Positions 21,478 to 29,953 of a stretch of DNA of 57,205 bases are shown here, piece by piece (within the stretch, counting starts at the first letter, position 1; the number at the start of each line of letters is the position of its first letter). The notes under the pieces are model-generated. The model saw only the letters and a program-made list of their open reading frames with translations, was not told the DNA's origin and did not search any database. Source of the DNA: an uncultured Myxococcales bacterium (GTDB lineage: Bacteria; Desulfobacterota; Binatia; UBA1149; SPBQ01); the NCBI GenBank assembly GCA_964478045.1, contig CAYZHO010000003.1, positions 850 to 58,054 of the forward strand. Direction: 5' to 3'. Made by a program: the position numbers and the translations under genes.

Positions 21478-21724
21478 ACCCGCCCCCGCTGACCGGCGGA
21501 ATGATCGCTACCTCGTCCCCAGCCGCGAGTGCCGCGTGTTCGTCCGCGTACTCGCGATTGACGGCAACGCGCAGGCTCGCGACCCCCTCGTGCAGATCAG
21601 GGTGCAACTCGACCAGCCGGCTTAGCAGATTCCCCACGGTAGCGGGTTCGTCGAGCCGCACGACTTCCTCGGACCGGCCCAGCCGCTCCCGGACGATGCC
21701 GAAATAAAGCACGCGAACGTCCAC
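21470..21724 (-). CDS. moaD: molybdopterin synthase sulfur carrier MoaD (GG followed by extra residues)
   Basis: 84 aa with a ThiS/MoaD fold pattern: MDVRVLYFGIVRERLG...GDEVAIIPPVSGG, then GCV before the stop. Confidence 0.88.
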   Translation of the reverse strand: MDVRVLYFGIVRERLGRSEEVVRLDEPATVGNLLSRLVELHPDLHEGVASLRVAVNREYADEHAALAAGDEVAIIPPVSGGGCV

Positions 21725-21730
21725 CGCCGT

Positions 21731-22249
21731 TCAGCGGCGCCACTTGTTCGGGTTGGCCAGCGCGACCAGGTGACCGAGCTCCGGAATGACCAGCTTCTCC
21801 ATCGCCAGCGCGCATCCTTCGGTCGATCCTGGCAGCGCAAAAACCACCGTGGTCCCGATAAGCCCCCCAATCGCTCTCGATAGCATCGCCGCAGAGCCAA
21901 TCTGCTGGTAACTGAGCCACCGGAACAGCTCGCCGAATCCTTCGAGGCGCTTGGTCAGGAGCTGCTCGAGCACGTCGTACGTGTTGTCGCGCGGGGAGAT
22001 CCCGGTCCCACCGGTCGTCACCACCGCGTCGATAGCGACGTCGTTGGCCAACGCCCGAAACGCGGCTGAGATTCGGTCCGGATCGTCCGCGATGATTCGG
22101 CTAGAGGCCACGTTGTGCCCAGCCTCCTCGAGCCGGCGTCTTATTTCGTCCCCGGAAGTGTCGGTCTCGGCGGTCCGGCTGTCGGAGATGGTCAATACGG
22201 CGCACGAAACGCCCTTGGCCTCAAACTGCCTGTGCTCTTCTACGCTCAC
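21731..22249 (-). CDS. moaB: molybdenum cofactor biosynthesis protein B (MoaB/MogA family)
   Basis: AVLTISDSR...D.SGD.I...L...GH.V and TTGGTGISPRD motifs. Confidence 0.9.
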   Translation of the reverse strand: MSVEEHRQFEAKGVSCAVLTISDSRTAETDTSGDEIRRRLEEAGHNVASSRIIADDPDRISAAFRALANDVAIDAVVTTGGTGISPRDNTYDVLEQLLTKRLEGFGELFRWLSYQQIGSAAMLSRAIGGLIGTTVVFALPGSTEGCALAMEKLVIPELGHLVALANPNKWRR

Positions 22250-22350
22250 GGCACCTCTTTATGTACTCTATCCGCGCAGCCGCTCCAAGCCCGTCCCAGC
22301 GGCGCACCGACCTCTTTCCGGCACACTTCGCTCGGGGTATATGAAGTAGC

Positions 22351-23676
22351 GTGGAGACGTTGGACGGATCCAGCACAGCACGGCCAGCTACGTACTACGT
22401 AGAGACGTACGGCTGCCAGATGAACCTGGCCGACTCGGAGCTGATCCGGGCCGTCCTGAGCCGGGCGGGGCTCGAGCCCGCAGACGCCCCCGAGCAAGCC
22501 GACGTGGTCCTGCTCAATACCTGCGCGATTCGCGAGCATGCCGAACGGCGGGTAGCGCAGAGAGTCCGCCAGTTGATCGCGCGTCGGGCGGGCCGGCGAA
22601 CCCGGATCGGGCTCGCTGGCTGTATGGCCCAGCACCACCGCGAGCGACTCTTGCGGGAGGTCCCTGGCCTCGACTTCGTCGTCGGACCGGATGGCTACCG
22701 CCGGCTCCCCGAGCTTTTGGCTGCCGAGCAGCCCGCCGCGCATGTGCGGCTCGACCGCAACGAGACCTACGCCGACATCGAGCCCCAGCGCGCGGGCACG
22801 GTCCGCGCCTGGCTCACGATCATGCGCGGCTGCAACCGCTTCTGCACTTTCTGTATTGTCCCGTACGTCCGCGGGCGCGAGCGTAGCTTGCCCGCCGAGG
22901 CCGTTTTGGAGGAAATGCGCCGCATTGCCGGTGCAGGGTACCGGGAGGTGGTTCTGCTCGGTCAAACCGTCAACGCCTACCGCGACGGGGACGTAGATTT
23001 CGGAGAACTCCTGCGCCGCTGCAATGAGGTGGAGGGAATCGCCAGGATTCGCTTCACTTCGCCGCATCCGGCGGACATGTCCGAATCGGTCATTCGGGCG
23101 ATGGCCGAGTGCGACAAGGTCATGCCCTATCTCCACCTGCCGTTGCAAAGCGGCTCGGACCGCATTCTGCGCGCGATGGACCGGGGTCACGACGTCGCTA
23201 CCTATAGGCGGCTGGTCGAGCGGCTGCGCGAGGCGGTCCCCCAGCTCGCGTTGTCGACCGACATCATCGTCGGCTACCCGGGTGAAACCGACGAAGACTT
23301 CGAGGCAACGTCCCGGCTCATGGACGAGATCGGTTTTGATCACGCCTTCCTCTTCAAGTACTCCCGGCGACCCGGAACCCGCGCGTACGAGCTGGGCGAA
23401 ACAGTCAGCGAAGAAGAAAAGACCGCCCGGCTAGAGCGCCTGATCGCCGAGCAGGAGGCCCGCGCTGCGCGGATTAACCAGCAAACGGTCGGCACGGTAA
23501 CCGAGGTGCTGGTCGAGGGCCCGGCCAAGCGGCAGCCGGCGTGGCTATCGGGCAAGAACCCTCAGTTCAAAACGGTGGTCTTCGAACCGCTCGGCGCCAA
23601 GCCCGGGGATATCGTCCCGGTGCGCGTCGAAGCGGCGACCTCACACACCCTCAAGGGTCGTCAGCTCGCCGCCTGA
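22351..23676 (+). CDS. miaB: tRNA-i6A37 methylthiotransferase MiaB
   Basis: UPF0004 N-domain YYVETYGCQMNLADSE, radical-SAM CNRFCTFCIVP, and a C-terminal TRAM domain (VGTVTEVLVEG...). Confidence 0.9.
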   Translation: METLDGSSTARPATYYVETYGCQMNLADSELIRAVLSRAGLEPADAPEQADVVLLNTCAIREHAERRVAQRVRQLIARRAGRRTRIGLAGCMAQHHRERLLREVPGLDFVVGPDGYRRLPELLAAEQPAAHVRLDRNETYADIEPQRAGTVRAWLTIMRGCNRFCTFCIVPYVRGRERSLPAEAVLEEMRRIAGAGYREVVLLGQTVNAYRDGDVDFGELLRRCNEVEGIARIRFTSPHPADMSESVIRAMAECDKVMPYLHLPLQSGSDRILRAMDRGHDVATYRRLVERLREAVPQLALSTDIIVGYPGETDEDFEATSRLMDEIGFDHAFLFKYSRRPGTRAYELGETVSEEEKTARLERLIAEQEARAARINQQTVGTVTEVLVEGPAKRQPAWLSGKNPQFKTVVFEPLGAKPGDIVPVRVEAATSHTLKGRQLAA

Positions 23677-24518
23677 ACTCTCTCCCGTACGAACCGGCGC
23701 AGGCGGTCGGCGAACCAATCGGGATCTTCGAGATAAATGCCGTGGCCTCGCCCGGGGACGATTTCCAGCTCGCTGCCGGGAATCGCCCGGTGAATGATTA
23801 CCGACCCGCCCACGCCCAGAAAATCCTTTTCGCCCACGACGACGAGGGTCGGCGCAGAGACGGCAGCAAGCCGGTCCGTCAGCGGCTCTTGATTGAGCGA
23901 GCGCATGGCCAGGGCGAGCTCGGCAAACTCGGCACCATCGGGCACCGGCGCGTCCGGCGGCATACCCATCGCGCGCAAGGCAACCTGCCCGCCGCCGGCG
24001 CGTGCTTTGGACGCCGTCCGCTCATACCAGGCCGCGGTTTTGTCGTTGCACTCGCTCGCCGTTCCCACTAGCACCAGCCCGCTCACGCGCTCGGGGTGCT
24101 CGAGCGCAAGGTGCATTGCAATCACGCCGCCGGCCGAGTGACCAACTACAACCGTCCGCTCGATACCGACCCGACCCAGTAGCCGCGCCAAATCACGGGC
24201 AAGTTCTGAGCGGGTGCAAGGGCGGCCGCTGGCGCTGCTCCGCCCGTGGCCGCGCAAGTCGTAGCGCAGGAGGCGAAACTCTTGCTCGAGACGCCGAGCT
24301 TGCCCGTCCCACACGGCCAGCGAAGCGGCCAGTCCGTGGACGAACGTCACCACCGGACCGGCAGGATTCCCCTCGAGGCGGTAGAACAGCCGGACGGGAC
24401 CCGCGCTCGCTATACCTTCGAGGGCCTGCTCTCCGCTGTCCGGCCCGGTGCCGCTCCTGCCCCGTGACTCACCCATAGCGGCCCGCCCGGCTCGTGCCCG
24501 CCGCGGCCACGACCCCAA
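23661..24518 (-). CDS. alpha/beta-fold hydrolase
   Basis: HG oxyanion motif (VTFVHGL), nucleophile elbow VVGHSAGG, and a C-terminal GHGIYLEDP His motif. The start is either the TTG at 24518 or the ATG at 24476. The 3' end overlaps miaB convergently by 16 nt. Confidence 0.8.
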   Translation of the reverse strand: MGSWPRRARAGRAAMGESRGRSGTGPDSGEQALEGIASAGPVRLFYRLEGNPAGPVVTFVHGLAASLAVWDGQARRLEQEFRLLRYDLRGHGRSSASGRPCTRSELARDLARLLGRVGIERTVVVGHSAGGVIAMHLALEHPERVSGLVLVGTASECNDKTAAWYERTASKARAGGGQVALRAMGMPPDAPVPDGAEFAELALAMRSLNQEPLTDRLAAVSAPTLVVVGEKDFLGVGGSVIIHRAIPGSELEIVPGRGHGIYLEDPDWFADRLRRFVRERVQAAS

Positions 24519-24554
24519 GTCGCCCCCTGCGCCAGAGGCGGAAAGCCTCGTCCG

Positions 24555-25085
24555 TTAGAACTGGTAGAACCAGCTTAGCGTCGGAAGGAGCACCGGATTC
24601 GTAGCGCCCTCGCCCGAAAGGACCAACGGCGCCCGCACGTCGAGTCCGCTCTGCTTGCCCGCACGCAGGCGAACGCCCGGCCCCAGGTAGACGCCCAGCG
24701 TCGTATCGTCGTCGCGTTTGAGATCGAAAAACGCCGATCCTCCAACCGCCAGGTAGACGCGGGCTGCACTGTCGGGGGTGGTCTTCGGGTAGAGGCGGAT
24801 GCCAGCGGTCACGTGATAGATCTCGCGGAACGAACCATCGGCCGTGTCCCGGCCGTCCGAGCGGGCTCCCGCCAACTCGAGATCGACCTTGTCCGCCAGG
24901 GGCATCGCGGCGAAAACACCGGCGTAATAGTTGTCCCGAACGGGCAGGTTTTCCTCGACACCGATCAGTGCCCCGGCGCCGATCCCGACGTCCAGGCGGC
25001 GCGCCTCAGCCTGCGCGCCCCATCCGAGCAGTCCGAGTGCCAACCCCCCGGCTACCAGGAACGCTCCGAGCGAAGGACGATTCAT
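24555..25085 (-). CDS. outer-membrane beta-barrel protein (porin-family/OmpW-like small barrel)
   Basis: The ATG at 25085 is followed by signal peptide MNRPSLGAFLVAGGLALGLLGWGAQA. The body has alternating beta-strand character and a C-terminal beta-signal ending FYQF. Confidence 0.7.
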   Translation of the reverse strand: MNRPSLGAFLVAGGLALGLLGWGAQAEARRLDVGIGAGALIGVEENLPVRDNYYAGVFAAMPLADKVDLELAGARSDGRDTADGSFREIYHVTAGIRLYPKTTPDSAARVYLAVGGSAFFDLKRDDDTTLGVYLGPGVRLRAGKQSGLDVRAPLVLSGEGATNPVLLPTLSWFYQF

Positions 25086-25173
25086 CAAAGCGTACCCCCT
25101 TTTTCCATTCGGAAGGTGCCCCGACATAGCATGGGAACCAGGCCTCCCGCAACCGCGCCGCCCGGTCCGGCCA

Positions 25174-25650
25174 TCATTCGATCCTCACTGGAAGCTCTAC
25201 GTAACTGCGTTCCCTCTCCGACCAACCATAGGCTTTGAGCTCGCCCGGCGTCCCCTCCCGGACGGAGACGACGATCTGAGCCGCCTCCGGGTATGAGGGC
25301 TCCCCAAACGGCGTAGCCTGGGCGAGGTCCTCCTCCGAAAAGTAGGCCCCGTGGTCGGGATGAGAGTGGTAGAAGGCCAAGAGCCGCCAGCCGGGCCGGC
25401 GCGCCAAGCGCAGGGCCTCGAGGAGCTCCGCCGAATCGGGGACGTATGCAGTGCGCGCAGTGCGCGGATAGCGTTCGGGGTCGCGCGCATGAAGCTCGTC
25501 CTGCACGTTGCGCAGGGGCACAACCCTCTGGCGGCCGTCGGCCGACTCGAGTACTACGCCACAGCACTCGTCGCGGTACTCCCGTACCGCATGCTCCTGG
25601 ATTTGGGCAACCGTTTCCGGCGCGAGCCGCAAAGATCCGAGACCGCTCAT
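25174..25650 (-). CDS. JAMM/MPN+ (Mov34/PAD-1) metalloisopeptidase, stand-alone
   Basis: The ATG at 25650 starts the gene. The JAMM motif is complete: E(HAVREYRDECCG)...HSHPDHGAYFSEED, matching E-Xn-HxH-X7-S-X2-D exactly. The longer ORF to 26100 overlaps panE and is rejected. Confidence 0.85.
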   Translation of the reverse strand: MSGLGSLRLAPETVAQIQEHAVREYRDECCGVVLESADGRQRVVPLRNVQDELHARDPERYPRTARTAYVPDSAELLEALRLARRPGWRLLAFYHSHPDHGAYFSEEDLAQATPFGEPSYPEAAQIVVSVREGTPGELKAYGWSERERSYVELPVRIE

Positions 25651-25703
25651 GCCAGCAGAGCCCGGTACAATCGGTGCGCTGAAGTCGCAACCCGCGTGGC
25701 CGC

Positions 25704-26708
25704 CTAGAGAGCGCCTTGCTGCCCGAGGCGCGATCGTTCGCGCACGAGCAGGGCCAGCACGCGATTCACCGGGGTGTCGATCCCGTGGCTCTCGCCGCGC
25801 CGGCACACCTCGCCGCAAATGGCGTCGATTTCCGTCGGCTTTCCGCGCTCGAGGTCTTGGAGCATCGAAGAGCGGTGGGCGGCAGTGGCCGGAACCAGAC
25901 GTTCGTAAAAGAGCTTGCGGTATTCCGCCGCCGATGCCCACGGGAGCCGAACGCCTTCGGCGGCGGCAACGGCAAAGGCCTCCTCGATCGCGCGGTCCAT
26001 CACCCAACGCCGGTCTCGATCCTTTGGGAGCTCCCCGTAAGGAACTCCGAGGAGGGCTCCAAGCGGATTCAGAGCGGCGTTGTAAAGAACTTTCGCCCAC
26101 AATGCCGCCTCGATGTCGTCGGTTGCGCGCGATGGGATACCCGCCCGGTCGAACGCCTCGGCCCAGCGCTCGGCGAGAGGAGCCGAGCTCGGAGCCAGCG
26201 CCCCCACCAGGACCGGCTCGGCTTCCACCGTGACGCGAGCCCTTCCAGGAGTGACCAGCTCGGCACCGAAGATCACGCGGCCGCCGAGCACCCGGTCGCG
26301 GCCGTAGGCCGACATCAAGCGCTCGAGATTCCCGAGCCCGTTCTGTAGCGAAATCACGCAGCCCCGATCGCCCGCACGGTCACCGAGCTCCTCGATCAAT
26401 CCCTCGGTCTGGTAGGACTTGCACGTGATCAACACGGCGTCGAAGTCGCGGCCGAGGCGCTCGGGACGCGTCTCGGCCGCGGCCACCCGGGCACTGTGCT
26501 CTCCCCACAGACCGACGACGGATAGTCCGTCGCGTCGGGCCGCTTCGACAACCGGAACACGCCCGAGGATGCTCACGCTGTGGCCCGCCTCGGCCAGGAG
26601 GCACGCGAAAACCGAGCCGATGGCGCCACAGCCGGCCACCAGCACGCGGGCCTTTTCCCCTTGTCGAGCGCCGCTTACCACTTCTGGTTTTGACTGCTTT
26701 GGTCTCAC
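25704..26708 (-). CDS. panE: 2-dehydropantoate 2-reductase (PanE/ApbA family)
   Basis: N-terminal Rossmann motif VLVAGCGAIGSVFA and signature SSMLQDLERGKPTEIDAICG. The start is ambiguous, with GTG candidates at 26708, 26681 and 26645. Confidence 0.85.
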   Translation of the reverse strand: MRPKQSKPEVVSGARQGEKARVLVAGCGAIGSVFACLLAEAGHSVSILGRVPVVEAARRDGLSVVGLWGEHSARVAAAETRPERLGRDFDAVLITCKSYQTEGLIEELGDRAGDRGCVISLQNGLGNLERLMSAYGRDRVLGGRVIFGAELVTPGRARVTVEAEPVLVGALAPSSAPLAERWAEAFDRAGIPSRATDDIEAALWAKVLYNAALNPLGALLGVPYGELPKDRDRRWVMDRAIEEAFAVAAAEGVRLPWASAAEYRKLFYERLVPATAAHRSSMLQDLERGKPTEIDAICGEVCRRGESHGIDTPVNRVLALLVRERSRLGQQGAL

Positions 26709-26717
26709 TCGTATAAA
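26690..26717 (+). promoter_or_regulatory. near-consensus sigma70-type promoter (TTGACT-N16-TATAAA)
   Basis: TTGACT at 26690-26695, a 16-nt spacer, then TATAAA at 26712-26717. It ends 28 nt upstream of the ATG at 26745. The site sits in a locally AT-rich patch that is unusual for this GC-rich window. Confidence 0.45.
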
Positions 26718-26744
26718 CGGTCGTCTTTCGATAAGACAAACGCC

Positions 26745-28784
26745 ATGGAAGCGACCACGACGACCCTGATCGAACGTTTTCTCAAACCAAAGGCCGTTTC
26801 ATCGCGGAAGCTGGCGCGCTCTCCGGAAGGCCGCCTGCTGATGGCCGAAGAAAGTGCGCTCGACATGGACCGGATCCGAGATGCGGGCGTCACGGTAGCC
26901 GAGCTCGGGCGCCGGGTCCGAGTATACAACTCCGACATGACCAAGCAGATCGCCTCCTACATCATTCCGATCGAAATGACCGAGCTCGACGGGGAGGCAA
27001 TCGCTCAAGCGGTAGGCGCAAAGGTCCAGATCGGCCGGCTGCTCGCCGCCGGCGGGCTTTACCTCCGGCACAATCCGGGAATCCGCGAGATCGGGGTGAA
27101 CGACCGAGGGGACACGATCCTGCGCCTCGACCTCGCCACGGCCGAGGACCCAACCATCGGACCGGTTCTCAACTCCTACAACACGAGCCAAGCCGTTCTC
27201 GTCTCTCGGATCGTCGCGCGCATCGACAAGAAGACCCACGACCGCGACGTCAAGGAGGCGCGAGCCTGGCTCGAAGCGATGAATGTCCTGAGCGGCGGGA
27301 AGACGCTGCGCACGCGATTCTACAGCGCGGGGGTCGCCTGCGAGCACCGCGGCAACGTCCCGCAGCTCTACCGGACGGTCCAAGTCAACTTCTTCCAGAT
27401 GAACGACCCCCTTTCCTTGGAACTCGCATCGGCGCTCGAAGAGCGTTACCGCGCTCTCGACCGCAATGTGCCCATGGTGCGAGTGATCTCGGTCATGGGC
27501 ATTCCGCCCAACGAGCGGGCGTACAAGGAGTTCGTCGCCCAGCTCAAACAAAAGAAGCAAAACCCGATGTCGCTCGGCCTGCCGAGCCGCCTGCGAGACT
27601 CCCAGTTCTTCGATTCGGCGACCAAGTCCGTGGTGCCGGCGTGCTTCGTTTACGCTTGCCCACTCGAAGATATCGGGGATTCGATCTACATCATCACGAT
27701 CAACACGGACTACCACGGCGAAATCAAATGCCGCGGGGTCCACTCCGGCGTTGCAGCGGTCATGTCGATGGCGGAAGTCGTCTCCGCACACGCCGGTTCG
27801 GCAATCTTGAGCAGCAAAGGAGGCGCCACGGTCGTCATCGGCGGCGAGGGAGCAGGCAAATCAACCGCCGTAACGTTTTGGGCCGAGCGCAATCGCAGCG
27901 AGCGCCGAAACGAGCTGCGGCGGCGCTACCTGATCGACACGAACTCGGAAGAAAAAGCCGACGAAATCATGCAACGGGTCGGGATCCTCAATCAGGACGA
28001 CTGGCTCGAAATCGTGCCATCCGGCGAGGGACGCTGGGACGTGTGGCCGGCTGAGCGCCACTTCTACATGCGCAGCCGCGGCCTGCTCAGCCGAGACCTC
28101 GTCTTGTCGGAGAACGAACCGATCATCGAAAACGCGACCGCGGACTACGGGGCATCCGGCTCCCGCGAGGCCCTCGGGCGAACCACGCACGACTTCCCCG
28201 ACGAGCGGCTTTTCTACGATCCCGATTGGGACAACTTCTACGCCGACCGGGACGTCCATGCGATTTCGACGATCGTCCTCCTGGAACGCGACCCCGACCT
28301 CGACTACGTCGTGCGTCACGTCTCCCGGCAGGACGCCCTCGATTTTCTAATGCGCGGTCGCAACCCAGACGGCTCGTACCGGCCCTTCTACAACGATTAC
28401 ACCGACGTCTCGGCCTTGCTCATTTCGCAGGGCGTAGTCGGCGACCGGTTTATCGAGGCCTACAAGGCCGCGCGCCGGGGGGACGTCGCTGCTCTGATGA
28501 ACGGCGACGAAGCGCTCGGCCGTTTCGTACTGAACCGGCTGACCGTTCAGGTCGAAGTGTGGCAGCTTATTTTTTCGGACCTACCGGTCTTTGTCGTCAA
28601 CGCCGTGCACGGCTACGACCTCACGCAGGACGTAATTTGGATGGTTTCTGAGCACCCGGACTTTCTGCGGCGCGGACACGAAAAGTCGGTAGTGGAGTTC
28701 CGCGAGCTCATGGCGCGGCGTTACGGAGTGCTCTACGACGAAAGCGGCCGCTGGGCCGCCCTTGGAACCACGGAAGACTCTTAG
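26745..28784 (+). CDS. uncharacterised PEPCK/HprK-superfamily P-loop protein (divergent PEP carboxykinase-like fold)
   Basis: 679 aa. The C-terminal half shows, in ATP-PEPCK order: YHGEIKCRG (cf. YGGEMKKG), HAGSA (cf. HCSAN), Walker A VVIGGEGAGKST (cf. FFGLSGTGKTT), NQDDW (cf. GDDEH), then IENA and THDFP. The N-terminal ~330 aa are unrecognised. Comparison was by eye from memory of E. coli PckA. Confidence 0.5.
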   Translation: MEATTTTLIERFLKPKAVSSRKLARSPEGRLLMAEESALDMDRIRDAGVTVAELGRRVRVYNSDMTKQIASYIIPIEMTELDGEAIAQAVGAKVQIGRLLAAGGLYLRHNPGIREIGVNDRGDTILRLDLATAEDPTIGPVLNSYNTSQAVLVSRIVARIDKKTHDRDVKEARAWLEAMNVLSGGKTLRTRFYSAGVACEHRGNVPQLYRTVQVNFFQMNDPLSLELASALEERYRALDRNVPMVRVISVMGIPPNERAYKEFVAQLKQKKQNPMSLGLPSRLRDSQFFDSATKSVVPACFVYACPLEDIGDSIYIITINTDYHGEIKCRGVHSGVAAVMSMAEVVSAHAGSAILSSKGGATVVIGGEGAGKSTAVTFWAERNRSERRNELRRRYLIDTNSEEKADEIMQRVGILNQDDWLEIVPSGEGRWDVWPAERHFYMRSRGLLSRDLVLSENEPIIENATADYGASGSREALGRTTHDFPDERLFYDPDWDNFYADRDVHAISTIVLLERDPDLDYVVRHVSRQDALDFLMRGRNPDGSYRPFYNDYTDVSALLISQGVVGDRFIEAYKAARRGDVAALMNGDEALGRFVLNRLTVQVEVWQLIFSDLPVFVVNAVHGYDLTQDVIWMVSEHPDFLRRGHEKSVVEFRELMARRYGVLYDESGRWAALGTTEDS

Positions 28785-29851
28785 ACGCGATCCCGGTTTT
28801 CCCGAACAAGCGAAGAACCGGGCGCCCGAACGGGAGGAAGCTCCGCTCCGCTAGCCAAGAAAACGGCGCCACCCACCAGAGATGCTCCCACCACAACCCC
28901 CAGCCAGAGCAAGGCGAGCGCTACGGCACCCTCGCGGGCCACTCCCTGCAGGGCCGAAAGAAAGTAAACGTATCCCATCTCGCGAATGCCGAGCCCGGCC
29001 AGACTGACGGGAATCGCACTGAGAATGGTCACCAGCGGATGGCACAAGAAGTAGTACCGCCAGTCGACCGGCAGGCCGAGCCCTCGGCCCAGCAGGGCAA
29101 CCGCCCCGATCTGCAGCATATGAAATCCGACCGAAATCAGCGCGACTTCGAGCAGCAGGCGGCGGTCCTCCCACAGGCTCGCCAGCTCCACCTCGAGCAC
29201 CTCGCGCAGCGGGTGCCCGGGTCGCAGGCACAGCCGGGCGAGGCCAGGCACGGATAGCCATCCGCACAATGCGGCCACCCCGGCCAGCCCGGTGATCGCC
29301 GCCAGCCCCCGCGGGATGCCCATCCGCCCGAAGGCAAGCATGGCTCCCAGCGCCACCACGACCAGCATTACGAAGCCGATCACCCGGTCGAACACGACCG
29401 TATGGAGCGCGGCGGTACGGCGGTTCGTGGCGCCGCCGAGATAAAGGGAGCGCACGAGATCCCCGCCGAGGGTGCTAGGGCCGAAGAGGTTGAAGAACAT
29501 TCCCACGTAATAATAGAGGCAAACCTTCGCCTTTGATTCGCCAAAACCAGCGGCGCGCGCGATCAGGCCCCACCGCAGGGCGGTTATTACCTGCCCCGCC
29601 AGGTAGAGGAGAAAAGCCACGGCGAAGGTCCACTGCTCCACGTGCCGCAGTTCAGCCCACAAGCGTGCGGTGTCCAGCCGCGATATCACCAAACCCAAAG
29701 CCGCGGCCGAAACCGCCAGCTTTAGCCAGCGCCGCCTGCTTTTCCCGGAGACGGCCGGTCGAACGTTCGCTAGCCGCACGAGCGCTCGATAGCAGCCCAG
29801 GGTTCCTTGCACAATCGGTGCCGCTCGAAACACCTTGACAGCCCCGGACAA
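28781..29851 (-). CDS. flippase-like membrane protein (lysylphosphatidylglycerol-synthase TM region / UPF0104 family)
   Basis: RRWLKLAVSAAALGLVISRLD...L...L......F..A.LLYL.GQVITALRW, followed by multiple TM helices. The start is uncertain (ATG 29851 or GTG 29833). Confidence 0.7.
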   Translation of the reverse strand: MSGAVKVFRAAPIVQGTLGCYRALVRLANVRPAVSGKSRRRWLKLAVSAAALGLVISRLDTARLWAELRHVEQWTFAVAFLLYLAGQVITALRWGLIARAAGFGESKAKVCLYYYVGMFFNLFGPSTLGGDLVRSLYLGGATNRRTAALHTVVFDRVIGFVMLVVVALGAMLAFGRMGIPRGLAAITGLAGVAALCGWLSVPGLARLCLRPGHPLREVLEVELASLWEDRRLLLEVALISVGFHMLQIGAVALLGRGLGLPVDWRYYFLCHPLVTILSAIPVSLAGLGIREMGYVYFLSALQGVAREGAVALALLWLGVVVGASLVGGAVFLASGAELPPVRAPGSSLVRENRDRV

Positions 29852-29863
29852 CCTTCGGAGAAT
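29835..29863 (+). promoter_or_regulatory. candidate sigma70-type promoter (TTGACA-N17-GAGAAT) for the DsbA-like gene
   Basis: A perfect -35 TTGACA at 29835-29840, a 17-nt spacer, then GAGAAT at 29858-29863. It ends about 90 nt upstream of the GTG at 29954. Confidence 0.3.
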
Positions 29864-29953
29864 AACGAGGCGTGCGGTCCTGCGGGCCGCCGCTGGAAGC
29901 AGCGAACGAAGTCATAACCGCATCTGTCCTACGGGAAGGAAAGGGAGAGTGCA

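Noticed and set aside
22250-22350. A possible Moco riboswitch upstream of moaB.
   Set aside because: - The divergent gap is only about 100 nt and must hold two promoters.
- I could not recognise the conserved Moco-motif helices.
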